This document shows positions 8,578 to 18,655 of a DNA stretch of 64,000 bases, piece by piece. A program made the position numbers and the translations under genes. Under the pieces are notes generated by a model. That model saw only the letters and a program-made list of their open reading frames with translations. It did not search any database and was not told the DNA's origin. Source of the stretch: Candidatus Heimdallarchaeum aukensis. Lineage in GTDB: Archaea; Asgardarchaeota; Heimdallarchaeia; Heimdallarchaeales; Heimdallarchaeaceae. Where the stretch lies: positions 736,001 through 800,000 of the forward strand of contig CP084166.1 in NCBI GenBank assembly GCA_021513695.1, in the 5' to 3' direction. How positions within the stretch are numbered: the first letter of the stretch is position 1; every line of letters begins with the position of its first letter.

Positions 8578-10533
8578 CTAAAACTCAATAAATGGTAAGA
8601 AAATAGATACTTTCGTTCCAACATGATGAATGCTATCTATAAATATTTGTCCATCATGTAATTCTACAAGATTTTTTGTTATATACAAACCTAACCCTGT
8701 TCCTTCACTTTTTTCAGCTTCATCTGTTCTGAAAAAGGGCTTGAAAACATATGGGAGATCATGACTAGGGATACCAATTCCATGGTCTTGAATCTGAATG
8801 AGTAATCCTTTTCTGTTATCAGGATTATATTCACCTACATAATCTTTGATAACTGTAACTTCGATTTTAGAATTACTTAAAGAATATTTTATTGCATTAT
8901 CTAAAACATTGGATATTATCTGCTTAATTCTTTTTGGATCACCAAAATACTGAATATCTTTTGTTTCGAATTTCTTTTCTAACCTAATTTTTTTGCTTTT
9001 TAATTGTTCTTCAAAACTTCTTATTGTCGAATTAATGTTTCTAATAATATTAAACTTCTTTTTCTCTACTTTGAATCTATTATTTTCTATTTTAGAGACT
9101 ACAAGTAAATCTTCAATTAATGTTGTTAAAAGATCTGCACTTTCTTCCATTACTTCCAAGGTAGAGAAAATCTTTCTTTTAGGTAATCTTTCCCAGTATT
9201 TTTTAAGAAATTGAATACTCAAACTTATAGATGTAATGGGAGTTCTTAATTCATGACTGACAGAAGAGATAAAGTTTTTTCTTAGTTTATCCAAAGTAAG
9301 AAAGGGAGTAATATCTTGAAATTCTATTAGAGCACCTATAAAACTCCCAGAAGAGGTGATATTTACTCCTGAGACCTGAATAAAGAAATTTTCAGACAAC
9401 TCAAATGTATCACAGACTTTTTCTTTTTCTATTATTAATTCTTTAATAAAGGAGAATAAAGGGTCGTCTTTAAACTTTTCAGAAAAGATATTTAATGATA
9501 ATAAAGGTTCTTTATCTTCGGGATAGAGAACACGATAGAATTCTTCAAATTTCTTATTAAATAGACTAAAATTCCCTTCATCATCAATCAACAACAAACC
9601 AGGTGAAACTGTTTCAAAAATTGCTTCAAGTTTTAGTTTCTCTTCTAAAAGTTCTTCATTTTTTCGCTCTACTATCATTGATAATTCAGAGCTTGTTTCT
9701 TTTAGCTCTTTTTCTCTTTCTACATGTTTAGTAATATCTGTTGCAACCCCTAAAGCTGCTATCTCACCACTTGGTAATTTAATAGGAATCTTTCTTACTT
9801 CAATTGTTCTTTTTTCTCCAAAGGCATCAGTAAAAGAGCTTGTAGTTTTTATCCTACTTTTAGTATCTATTACTTTCCTATCATACTTTAAGAAATAATC
9901 AGTTTCACTCTTTACAGGTTGTATATCATGCTGAATAGAACCCTCAATCTCGCTTATTGGTAAATTAAAACGGTCTGCTAAAGCTTTGTTAGCTAATAGA
10001 AATCTCCCTTCTTCATTTTTTACAAAAATCATTTGTGGAACTTGATCTATTACTTCTCTTAAGATATTTTTATTGAATTCGAGTTCCATAATTTCATCCA
10101 ATTTTGATGAAAAAGAAGAAGCTACAGCAACATGACAATCATTGGACGAGTTAAAAATCACTTTTAGTTTTACAGGTAGTCTTTTTCCTTCTTTTGCAAG
10201 TAAAAAAGTTACAAAAGTAAAAAAACTTTTTTTTGAATCTGATAACTTTAAATAATATTCCAAATTTTTTTCTTTGTCTTTCTCTTCGAAATACTCATTT
10301 ATTTTTTTTTCAAGTATGATAGACTTCTTAACTCCTATAAGATCTTCAGCTCTTTTGTTTATATAAAGAATGGATAGATTGTTATTAAAAACAAAAATTG
10401 CTTCTTCTAAACTATCAAAACAAGATAGAATATCTTCATATTTCAGCTTTAATCCATCTACTCTAGCAGATTCGTTTTCTGTATTTTTATTTTTTTTATT
10501 TGAAGATACATCATTGGAAAAAAGATTACTCAA
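8578..10533 (-). CDS. sensor histidine kinase with multiple PAS domains
   Basis: Three PAS-like segments are followed by HisKA (SHELRTPITSI) and an HATPase_c N/G-box region (NAIKYS, DHGIGIP, GTGLGLYI). TTG start sits 3 nt after the response-regulator stop. Confidence 0.85.
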   Translation of the reverse strand: MSNLFSNDVSSNKKNKNTENESARVDGLKLKYEDILSCFDSLEEAIFVFNNNLSILYINKRAEDLIGVKKSIILEKKINEYFEEKDKEKNLEYYLKLSDSKKSFFTFVTFLLAKEGKRLPVKLKVIFNSSNDCHVAVASSFSSKLDEIMELEFNKNILREVIDQVPQMIFVKNEEGRFLLANKALADRFNLPISEIEGSIQHDIQPVKSETDYFLKYDRKVIDTKSRIKTTSSFTDAFGEKRTIEVRKIPIKLPSGEIAALGVATDITKHVEREKELKETSSELSMIVERKNEELLEEKLKLEAIFETVSPGLLLIDDEGNFSLFNKKFEEFYRVLYPEDKEPLLSLNIFSEKFKDDPLFSFIKELIIEKEKVCDTFELSENFFIQVSGVNITSSGSFIGALIEFQDITPFLTLDKLRKNFISSVSHELRTPITSISLSIQFLKKYWERLPKRKIFSTLEVMEESADLLTTLIEDLLVVSKIENNRFKVEKKKFNIIRNINSTIRSFEEQLKSKKIRLEKKFETKDIQYFGDPKRIKQIISNVLDNAIKYSLSNSKIEVTVIKDYVGEYNPDNRKGLLIQIQDHGIGIPSHDLPYVFKPFFRTDEAEKSEGTGLGLYITKNLVELHDGQIFIDSIHHVGTKVSIFLPFIEF

Positions 10534-10535
10534 TA

Positions 10536-11441
10536 TTAATCACCTTGAATAGGTAGGACTGTAAGTATTTCTTCCCAAGCTTTCTTTATATCCCATTTTT
10601 CTTCATTTTTAACCTTATTTGAATAAGGAGCTAGTATTTCTTCCAATCTTTTAGTAATTATATAATCAATCCTTGGAGCAATAACTACAAGCATAAATGG
10701 TATTTGCTGAGATAAGCTTTCAAAATCCTCATACGCATCAATGTATATATAACAAGCCATACCTATATTTTCTAAAAACAAAGGCACTCCCTGGGGATTT
10801 GTTACTTTTAATTCTCCATATACAGAGATAATAGTTTGAAAGATTTGAACGCCTAAACTATCTAATTCAATTTGTTGTTCTATTTTCTTGGGAAAATAAT
10901 CTACTGGCTGAGGGCCCAGCACATCATGCCATTTAATTAAAAGCAAAAAAACAGAATCTTTTGAATAACTATATATACTATCATGAGCCATTAAATTCTG
11001 ACTTAACTCTAAAGTTATTTTCTTCTTTAGTTCTTCTCTAATTTGATAATTTAATTTTCTTTTAGCTAACTTTCCTTCAACTATTGCTATCAAATCTTCT
11101 TCTTTGAAGGGTTTAATTATATAATCATCTATTCCCAAAGATTTACCATATCTTACTGACTCTGGGTCACTTTTAGCAGTAAGAAAAACAAAAGGAATGT
11201 CAAAAAATCTTTCATCTCTTGAGATTTTTTCATATAGAGAATAACCATCCATTCCTGGCATCATTATATCACAAAGAATAAGATCAGGGGGTCGAGTTAG
11301 ATTTTCTAACAAAGTTAATGCTTCATCTGCACTCTGGGCTAAAACAGGAAAGTAGTCATACATAGATAAAATACTGTCTAGTAAATACAAGATTTGCTTA
11401 TTATCATCAATAATTAAAATCGTTCCTTTCAAATTATCCAA
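10536..11441 (-). CDS. response regulator: REC domain plus ~170-aa C-terminal domain of unknown function
   Basis: REC motifs ILIIDDN, the phospho-acceptor D in LILCDIMMPGMDG, and K in DDYIIKPF. The C-terminal half is not an HTH; it may be roadblock-like. TTG start. Confidence 0.8.
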   Translation of the reverse strand: MDNLKGTILIIDDNKQILYLLDSILSMYDYFPVLAQSADEALTLLENLTRPPDLILCDIMMPGMDGYSLYEKISRDERFFDIPFVFLTAKSDPESVRYGKSLGIDDYIIKPFKEEDLIAIVEGKLAKRKLNYQIREELKKKITLELSQNLMAHDSIYSYSKDSVFLLLIKWHDVLGPQPVDYFPKKIEQQIELDSLGVQIFQTIISVYGELKVTNPQGVPLFLENIGMACYIYIDAYEDFESLSQQIPFMLVVIAPRIDYIITKRLEEILAPYSNKVKNEEKWDIKKAWEEILTVLPIQGD

Positions 11442-11530
11442 TTTATAAATTAGGGCTAGATAAAATAAAATTTTTGCTAGTGCTAGTTTTGTTTAAATTT
11501 TGTTTAAATTTAATGAAATAGATGAGCACT

Positions 11531-12934
11531 CTAAATGTTCAGTACTACCAGTAGAATTGAATAGGCTGTACTTATTATCCCCATTATTATTATAAGAGGA
11601 AAGATTTTTTTAAAATAGTCTTTAAAAGTAAATTCTATTCCTTCTCTTTTCAAAATATCAAGAGACATCAGAATTGTTACACTTCCTAAGGGAGTGAGAG
11701 CTCCTCCTACATTATCAGCCAAGATTAAACTAACCCAAGTCCCTTTGAAAATAGGAACAGAAACGGTGTTAGAAATAGTGATGAAAATGTAAGAGAAAAT
11801 TAGAGCTGCACTTGTGTTATTTAGAAAACCAGCTAGTGGTATACCAATGATTATAAAGAATACAACAACTAAAATTTGTGCTACTGTAGGTGAAAAATTC
11901 AAATCAAAGAATAACAAAATTAAATTAGATAAAGGAATAAGAGCCCCTGAAGCAGCGAATATCCCCATAAGAGTGAAAAGCATTACAAAAAATGTAATCA
12001 TTTCCCATTCTACACCATGTTCTACATATTTTTTTAAAGTTGAATTAAAAATAAAAACTCCAATGACAGCTACAATGAAAGCTATTGTTCCTACATCTAA
12101 ACCTAATACTGAAGATAATAGAAATCCTCCAAATAGAAGCAATAGTAAAGCAAAAGATTTCCAAACTTTAATCTTACTTTCTACACTAGACCATGGATTA
12201 ATTCTAGCGATTTGACTTTTTTTATCTCTATCTACTTTTTTGTTTATTTCCTTTTTGAAGATATAGTAAAAGTATCCATAGGCTACAAAGAATAAAATAA
12301 ACGATATTGGAAACATTAAAGCAGTGAAACCAATAAAAGTAATGGTACCTGGATAGAGACTAAAGAATATAATGTTGGGTATAGATGAAACAGGAGTAGG
12401 CATTCCTCCGATAATTGTATTAATTCCAACGAAAAGAACAAAAGGTAATGGATTTACATCCAGTTGTTTGCAAATTACAATAGTTAAAGATCCTAGCAGT
12501 ATAATAGCTGAAAGATTATCAAAAAACATACTGATGAAGAATGTTAGTCCTCCAATTGACATGAAGAGCATTTTGGGATTTCCTTTTGTCAGTTTAATGA
12601 TGTAAAGAGATATGAAATCGAAAAACCCTGAATCCTTTATTAGTTGAACAATAATACTTACTGAGAATATAATCAAGATTGCTTCTACATTTACTAAATC
12701 CGAAATCGCTTCAATAAAATGAGGATGTTCATTTTCAAAATTATAACCAAGATTCACTTCAAGAAGATGTTCCCAATCCATTAAAAAGAAGAAAACTACT
12801 ATTGACAAAATTGTACCTAATGCAGTTACTTTCAAGGAATCAAACTTTTCGTTCATTAATCCAGCAATTGTTCCTAGAACAATTATTGTAATCAATATTG
12901 AGCCTACTATTGTTAGTGTTACCACGTTTATCAC
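11531..12934 (-). CDS. ArsB/NhaD-superfamily permease (Na+/H+ antiporter NhaD / citrate-transporter-like), copy 1
   Basis: About 12 TM segments in an internally duplicated topology. It is 50-60% identical by eye to the next gene. GTG start. Confidence 0.7.
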   Translation of the reverse strand: MINVVTLTIVGSILITIIVLGTIAGLMNEKFDSLKVTALGTILSIVVFFFLMDWEHLLEVNLGYNFENEHPHFIEAISDLVNVEAILIIFSVSIIVQLIKDSGFFDFISLYIIKLTKGNPKMLFMSIGGLTFFISMFFDNLSAIILLGSLTIVICKQLDVNPLPFVLFVGINTIIGGMPTPVSSIPNIIFFSLYPGTITFIGFTALMFPISFILFFVAYGYFYYIFKKEINKKVDRDKKSQIARINPWSSVESKIKVWKSFALLLLLFGGFLLSSVLGLDVGTIAFIVAVIGVFIFNSTLKKYVEHGVEWEMITFFVMLFTLMGIFAASGALIPLSNLILLFFDLNFSPTVAQILVVVFFIIIGIPLAGFLNNTSAALIFSYIFITISNTVSVPIFKGTWVSLILADNVGGALTPLGSVTILMSLDILKREGIEFTFKDYFKKIFPLIIIMGIISTAYSILLVVLNI

Positions 12935-13164
12935 CTAAAGGGCTATTATAGCATTGGATATTTTCATACATTTTTATCGCTTGAAAGTAAACTGATTTTC
13001 CATATAATATTAAGTTTCCAATCCCTAAATAGTATTCTTTTATATATTTTTTTTATTTTTTGATTAGCACAAAAAAGATATAATATTTTACTTATTTATA
13101 GAATAAATGTCAAGAAATTGTGGAAAATAAGTCCTTAAAACCAAGTTTTATGATTTTTGTTAAA

Positions 13165-14553
13165 CTAAGCTCCAAGAAGGATTAGAACTATTGAATAACC
13201 AATACTAAGTAACGCAAATGTTAGAGTTAGTGGAATTGTTTTTTTGACATAATCCATGAAAGTAATTTTATATCCTTCTCTATTCAATATCTCCAGAGCC
13301 ATCAAAATTGTTATACTTCCTAAAGGCGTTAGAGCTCCTCCAATATTACCTCCAAGTACAAAAGCTATCCATGTTCCTTTTCCAATAGTTGTTGAAACAG
13401 AAGCAACCATGGTTGTAAAAATATATGAGAATATTAAAGCTGCAGAAGAACCGTTAAGAAATCCTGTAATAGGTAAACCAATTAATCCTATTATTAGTGC
13501 AACGAGTATTTGAGCCGTTGTGGGTGAAATATCCAGATCGAAAATAGAGATAAATAGATTCGCAATAGGTTGCAAAGCTCCAGAGCCAGCGAGGACACCC
13601 ATTAAAACAAACAAGGCTACAAAAAATACAATCATCTCCCACTCTATTCCAGAGTGAATAAACTTTTTTAACTTTTTATTAAATAAGAATAATCCAAAAA
13701 CTGCAACTATTAGAGCTATTGTTGCTACATCTAAACCTATAACTGAAGAAAGGAGAAATCCTGAAAATAGAACAATTAACAGCCCTATTGATTTATATAC
13801 TTGACTTCTTTCTTCAATTCCAGACCAAGGATTAATTCTAGAGATTTGTTTTTGTTTTTCTTCGGGTATTTTAATGAATATATCTTTTTTGAATATAATA
13901 AAGAAATAGAGAGAAGACAAGATGAAGAACAGTAAAGCTATTGGAAACATTAATGCTGTGAACTTAATAAAACTCATATCACCCTCATACAAGCTGTAAA
14001 AGATGATATTTGGAAGTGAAGAAACAGGTGTAGGTAGTCCCCCTATTATAGTATTAATTCCAACAAATAAAACAAATGGAATAGGATTTAAATCCAATTG
14101 TTCACAGATAACTACAGTTAGAGATCCTAACAAAATTATTGCTGAAAGATTGTCGAAAAACATGCTAATGAAAAAAGTCAATCCTCCTAAAGCGATAATA
14201 AGCTTTTTAGGATCTCCTTTTGTTAATTTTACAATAGAAAGCGAGACAAAATCGAAGAATCCTGCTTCTTTGGTCAAAGAAACGATCACACTTACTGAAA
14301 AAATGATCAAAATTGCTTCTACATTTATCATCTCAGCAATAGCTTCTAAATAACCCTCAGGAATAAATTCATGGCTAGTGTTTTCTAGTAACAATTTATG
14401 CCAATCTGTAAAAAAGAAAAAAATCACCATAACTACAGAAGCTCCAGTTACTGTTATTTTTGTAGTGTCAACACCTTCAACCATTAAAGCTATTATTGTT
14501 GCAATTACAGTTACAGATATTAATATTATTCCTATTGTTTCCACTACAGCCAT
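13165..14553 (-). CDS. ArsB/NhaD-superfamily permease, copy 2 (tandem paralog)
   Basis: Collinear similarity to 11531..12934 (e.g. FFDNLSAIILLGSLT, GINTIIGG.PTPVSS.PNIIF). ATG start. Confidence 0.7.
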   Translation of the reverse strand: MAVVETIGIILISVTVIATIIALMVEGVDTTKITVTGASVVMVIFFFFTDWHKLLLENTSHEFIPEGYLEAIAEMINVEAILIIFSVSVIVSLTKEAGFFDFVSLSIVKLTKGDPKKLIIALGGLTFFISMFFDNLSAIILLGSLTVVICEQLDLNPIPFVLFVGINTIIGGLPTPVSSLPNIIFYSLYEGDMSFIKFTALMFPIALLFFILSSLYFFIIFKKDIFIKIPEEKQKQISRINPWSGIEERSQVYKSIGLLIVLFSGFLLSSVIGLDVATIALIVAVFGLFLFNKKLKKFIHSGIEWEMIVFFVALFVLMGVLAGSGALQPIANLFISIFDLDISPTTAQILVALIIGLIGLPITGFLNGSSAALIFSYIFTTMVASVSTTIGKGTWIAFVLGGNIGGALTPLGSITILMALEILNREGYKITFMDYVKKTIPLTLTFALLSIGYSIVLILLGA

Positions 14554-14574
14554 AAAATATTCCTTCTTTACAAC

Positions 14575-16485
14575 TTATTCAAAGTCATCAGTTTTTACTT
14601 CTTCTTCAAGTTCTTCTTCAATTTCTTCTGATTCTTCAAGCTTTTCTTTTTCAGTTGATTTTTTTGTTTCTGGCTTTTCTTTTTCTTCTTCCTTTAATGG
14701 AGTTTCTTCAGTTAATTCAGAAATTATTTCTTCTTTGATTAATGTCTTTGGGTCTTTTAGTTCTCTCTTCAGTTCATATTTTATTTCTTCTTTTATCTCT
14801 TCCCTTATCTCTTCTTTAATCTCTTCTTTTAATAAAGATAATGCATCTTTAGAAAAATCTTTCATTATCTCTTTCTTCAGTTCTTTTTTTGGTGCTTCTT
14901 TAATCTCTTTCTTTATTTCTTCTTTAATCTCTGCTTTAATCTCTGCTTTAATCTCTTCTTTAATTTCCTCTTTTTCATCTAAGGGTTTTTCTTCAATTTT
15001 ATCCATAATTAACTCCTCTTCAATTTCTTTTTTCTCTTCTTTCTCTTCCTTCTCTTCTTTCTTTTCTCTTTCTTCCTTCTCTTTTTTCTCTTCTTTCTCT
15101 TCTTTCTTTTCTTTCTCTTCCTTCTCTTCTTTCTTTTCTCTTTCTTCCTTCTCTTTTTTCTCTTCTTTCTCTTCTTTCTTTTCTTTCTCTTCCTTCTCTT
15201 CCTTCTTTTCTTTCTTTATTTCACTTTTTGTTGGCTTTTCTTTTACTTTTTTCTCTTCTTTAGTCTTTTCTTTAGTTTCTTTTTCTTCTATTACAGATGC
15301 TTCTTCAGGCTCTTCTATACCAAAAAGTTCTCTCTTTACTTCTTCTTTGATTTCCTCTCTAACAGTTTCTCCAATATCTATTTTCTTCGAAATAGTTTCT
15401 TCTTTAGGAACTGTATCACTAGAAACTGCTTTCTCTTCTTTTTTCTCTTTCTTTTTTATATCTTCAGTAATGATTAATAGAGGAACAGTAACATCAGGGT
15501 CGCTTAACAGATCTATAAACAGTCCATATAAATTGGCTAATTTAGATGGAAGATAAATAATTAATAATCCAAGATCCTTACCAAAACTAATCATTTGGTT
15601 TTTTAACTCTTCATGGTCAGATAAAGAAAGAATTTCGAAATCTACAAATCGTTGTGAATCTTCAAAAACAACTTGATTCGCGCGCTCGAATTTATTCATT
15701 TCTTCTTTTTGTTTTGAAAGTAATTCTAAAAACTCTTCATCATTTAGATCTTGATACAAATATCTATTTAACAAGAACATGCAGTGTATGTTTGCATTTT
15801 TTATACTAAATTGAATAGATTTTTCAATTAAATACGATAGTCTACTTATACTTCCTGTTACTATACCGATGTGTTTCCACAAATACTCAGTATTTAATTC
15901 TTGACTCTCAATTATTAATACGGGAACATCGTTTTCTTCTAAAAGATAATTGAAAACATCACCCATAACTTCTATTTTTGCTTCTTCTTTATCTTCTTCT
16001 TGCTTTACTTTAATACTTTTTTTCATACCAATAAAGGAAGAAGGAACAACAATAAGATCATAGGTTGAAGCGTTAATTATTGCAGAAATAATATTTTTTA
16101 ATCCATCAAGATCTTCAACAACATGACCTTTAATATTAAAAAGTTTGCTAGATAGATGCTCATATGCAAAAGACAATGCTTCATCATACTGTTCTTTATT
16201 TGTATCTTCTTTAGAATAAAAACAGATAACATCTACCGTTGCTTGGAAGAACAATCTGAGTTCTTCAGCAAGTAAAACAACAGTACGAGATTTTTTAGAA
16301 CCATCTATAAGAACTAATACACTTTTTATTGGTTTAGCTGAAGGATCAACTGAAGGTAGAAGGTTTGCAAACTTCTTTTTCTGCTCCTCAATTGTTTCCT
16401 TTTGCACTTCTATTTTATCCTGATGATTGGACATACTAATTCCTCTCTCTATGCTTTTTAATTTTTCTTTTTGATTTTTAAACAT
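14575..16485 (-). CDS. tandem universal-stress-protein (UspA) domain protein with ~300-aa C-terminal poly-Lys/Glu low-complexity tail
   Basis: Two USP-like units (VLVLIDGSKKSR...LIVVPSS and IGIVTGSISRLS...LLIITED). These are followed by EEIKEEVKRE..., (EIKx)n and an (EEKEEKEKKEEKEEKKEKEEREKK)n tail. ATG start. Confidence 0.65.
   Translation of the reverse strand: MFKNQKEKLKSIERGISMSNHQDKIEVQKETIEEQKKKFANLLPSVDPSAKPIKSVLVLIDGSKKSRTVVLLAEELRLFFQATVDVICFYSKEDTNKEQYDEALSFAYEHLSSKLFNIKGHVVEDLDGLKNIISAIINASTYDLIVVPSSFIGMKKSIKVKQEEDKEEAKIEVMGDVFNYLLEENDVPVLIIESQELNTEYLWKHIGIVTGSISRLSYLIEKSIQFSIKNANIHCMFLLNRYLYQDLNDEEFLELLSKQKEEMNKFERANQVVFEDSQRFVDFEILSLSDHEELKNQMISFGKDLGLLIIYLPSKLANLYGLFIDLLSDPDVTVPLLIITEDIKKKEKKEEKAVSSDTVPKEETISKKIDIGETVREEIKEEVKRELFGIEEPEEASVIEEKETKEKTKEEKKVKEKPTKSEIKKEKKEEKEEKEKKEEKEEKKEKEEREKKEEKEEKEKKEEKEEKKEKEEREKKEEKEEKEEKKEIEEELIMDKIEEKPLDEKEEIKEEIKAEIKAEIKEEIKKEIKEAPKKELKKEIMKDFSKDALSLLKEEIKEEIREEIKEEIKYELKRELKDPKTLIKEEIISELTEETPLKEEEKEKPETKKSTEKEKLEESEEIEEELEEEVKTDDFE
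15041..15200. repeat. perfect 72-bp tandem repeat (2.2 copies) inside the K/E-rich coding tail
   Basis: 15041-15112 is identical to 15113-15184 and the next ~16 nt continue the unit. Each unit encodes a 24-aa K/E repeat on the minus strand. Confidence 0.9.
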
Positions 16486-16618
16486 CTCGAAATCGGTTAG
16501 TATATCGCTGTTATTACATTTTTTAAAATATTAAGTAAATGAGCGGTTTAGCTCAAAAAAAATGAGAGCATATAAAAAATGAATTTTCAAATTTTGTTAA
16601 CATAATTGATGAAATAAG

Positions 16619-17722
16619 TTAACTAAAGGCAGATTCCAGTTCTTCTTGCGTTGCAGGAGGGACAGTTGCAACTTTTAGATTCTCTTTAATATGTTCTTCA
16701 CCTTTCATGCCTATTAAAGTTGAAACAATACGTGGATGAGCAGAACGAGCATACTGAATTGCTTGTTGGGCTTTTGTAATTAAAAGAGAGAATTTTGGTT
16801 GAACTGACGATTTAAGTACTTGCCCTTGGAGTAAAGGAACAGAAGTAAATAAGTATAAGTTAAAATGTTTTGCAGCTTCAGCAAGAGAATATTTTGTATT
16901 CTCAATGTACTGATTCTTTAAACTTACAGCTTGGTGATAAATAAAATTCAGTGGGACTTGGATAAAACGAAATCCGTGATTTTCTCCACCCACTTTTTTT
17001 GCAATATTGAATACTTTTTCCAATTGCAAATAATGAGGATGTTTATCTTGAACCCTCAAACTATCCCAAGTTGCTAAACCGTACCACCTAATTTTATTAA
17101 TATCTCTCATTCTTTCAAAAAAAGAGAAAGCATCTTCAAGTTTATCATAGAATTCACTCGGTGTTATATAATCAAGTTGTGATTCTGCTGCATTGTGAAG
17201 ATATAATAGATCTATAGATGAAACTTTTAAGTTTTTCAAAGATTGTTCTAACTGAAATTCAAGAAAAGAAGGTGCCATAGAATGTATTCCACCGACTATA
17301 TCTTCTTTTCTGCAAACATAGCGGTGAATAAGTTCTTCAAAAATATATTCATTTAATTTACCATAATATTTTTCTTTAGAAGGAGCAATATATCCATTCT
17401 TTGTAGAAATAAAAATCTGTTCTCTGGTTATTTTATCTTCAGAAATTAATTCTTGAAGAGCATTACCTATAGCTCTTTCTGCTCTCTGGTGCCTATAATT
17501 TATGGCAGTATCAATAACATTTATTGCTCCTGATTCAATGCATGTTTTAACAGCATTTTTTACTTTAATATCATCTTCCTCTGTAGGTTGCCCAAGATAA
17601 GTACCTAAACCTAAAGAACTTAGGTGAAGTCCAAGTACTTCCCTAAAATGTTGTGGATGAATGTTTTTTACGGATATAGCTCTTTCTTTAAATGACTTTG
17701 TACCTTCTTCTGTAGCAAACAT
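16619..17722 (-). CDS. aldo/keto reductase family oxidoreductase
   Basis: AKR signatures (IDTAINYR, GLATWDS, Tyr/Lys/His catalytic-tetrad context). Confidence 0.8.
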   Translation of the reverse strand: MFATEEGTKSFKERAISVKNIHPQHFREVLGLHLSSLGLGTYLGQPTEEDDIKVKNAVKTCIESGAINVIDTAINYRHQRAERAIGNALQELISEDKITREQIFISTKNGYIAPSKEKYYGKLNEYIFEELIHRYVCRKEDIVGGIHSMAPSFLEFQLEQSLKNLKVSSIDLLYLHNAAESQLDYITPSEFYDKLEDAFSFFERMRDINKIRWYGLATWDSLRVQDKHPHYLQLEKVFNIAKKVGGENHGFRFIQVPLNFIYHQAVSLKNQYIENTKYSLAEAAKHFNLYLFTSVPLLQGQVLKSSVQPKFSLLITKAQQAIQYARSAHPRIVSTLIGMKGEEHIKENLKVATVPPATQEELESAFS

Positions 17723-17881
17723 AAAACTACTTTTGTTTTTTTTCTATAAAAGTCTTGTTCAAAACAAAAATAGCAGATTGCTTAAAAATTAAGTGAAAAC
17801 AAAAGACTTATCTAATTTTTTTATCAAATTAATTAAAGAAAGCAATTAAAAGATTGAAATTTCCATCAAAAGGTAAATTTA

Positions 17882-18655
17882 ATGAAGAAAAGATACTTAG
17901 AAGTCAAAGCAAGGTTTATTGCTGAAAAAATTTCACAAGCAAAGCACTTTATTGCTTTAACAGGTGCAGGGATTAGTACAGAGTCAGGTATTCCAGATTA
18001 TAGAGGAGATAACGGAATATACAAAAGTAAAGCACAAGGTAAAGAAGTGAAAGTAAAGCCTTTAGAAGAATTTGAGCCGAACCCTGCACACTACGCTTTA
18101 GTTAGATTACAAGATTTAGGCTTGTTAAAATTCATCATATCTCAAAATATAGATGGATTACATATTAAATCAGGAATAAAAGAATCACTAATTGCTGAAA
18201 TACACGGAAATTATTCTATTCTCAAATGTATTGAATGTGACTCAAGATTCACAAAAAAAGAAATGAATTGGGACAACGAGAAATATGGTTGGGGAGCAAG
18301 AAGTGCAGAGCCTAGCCCTGAACAACCAAACTGTCAAAATTGTGGTGGAAGATTAATTTCTTCAATTGTTAACTTTGGAGAACCAATGCCAGAAAAAGAG
18401 ATGAAATTAGCTAAAGAACATTCAAAAAAATGTGACTTAATGCTTGTTATTGGAACTAGCTTGAGAGTTGCACCAGCTAACACTCTTCCGAGTATCGCGG
18501 AGAAAAATGGTGCAGAGGTTTTTATCATTAACCTTAAACCTACAGGATTGGATAACATCTTAAAAAATGAAAGAATAAAAGCAAAAGCAGGAGAAATCTT
18601 GCCTTTAATAGTTAATTATATAGAGGAGAATATTGAAAAAGACAGTAAAACTTAG
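17882..18655 (+). CDS. Sir2-family NAD-dependent protein deacylase
   Basis: GAGISTESGIPDYRG, QNIDGLH, the Zn ribbon CIECDSRF...CQNCGG, and GTSLRVAP. Confidence 0.85.
   Translation: MKKRYLEVKARFIAEKISQAKHFIALTGAGISTESGIPDYRGDNGIYKSKAQGKEVKVKPLEEFEPNPAHYALVRLQDLGLLKFIISQNIDGLHIKSGIKESLIAEIHGNYSILKCIECDSRFTKKEMNWDNEKYGWGARSAEPSPEQPNCQNCGGRLISSIVNFGEPMPEKEMKLAKEHSKKCDLMLVIGTSLRVAPANTLPSIAEKNGAEVFIINLKPTGLDNILKNERIKAKAGEILPLIVNYIEENIEKDSKT

Noticed and set aside
11442-11530. Short tandem repeat TTTTGTTTAAA x2 and GCTAGTGCTAGT upstream of the response-regulator gene
   Set aside because: It is very short and AT-rich. It could be a promoter element but is indistinguishable from background in ~30% GC DNA.
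14378-15556. 392-aa plus-strand ORF rich in Ser/Phe
   Set aside because: It is the antisense reading of the K/E-repeat coding region of 14575..16485. It is low-complexity and an artefact of the repeat.
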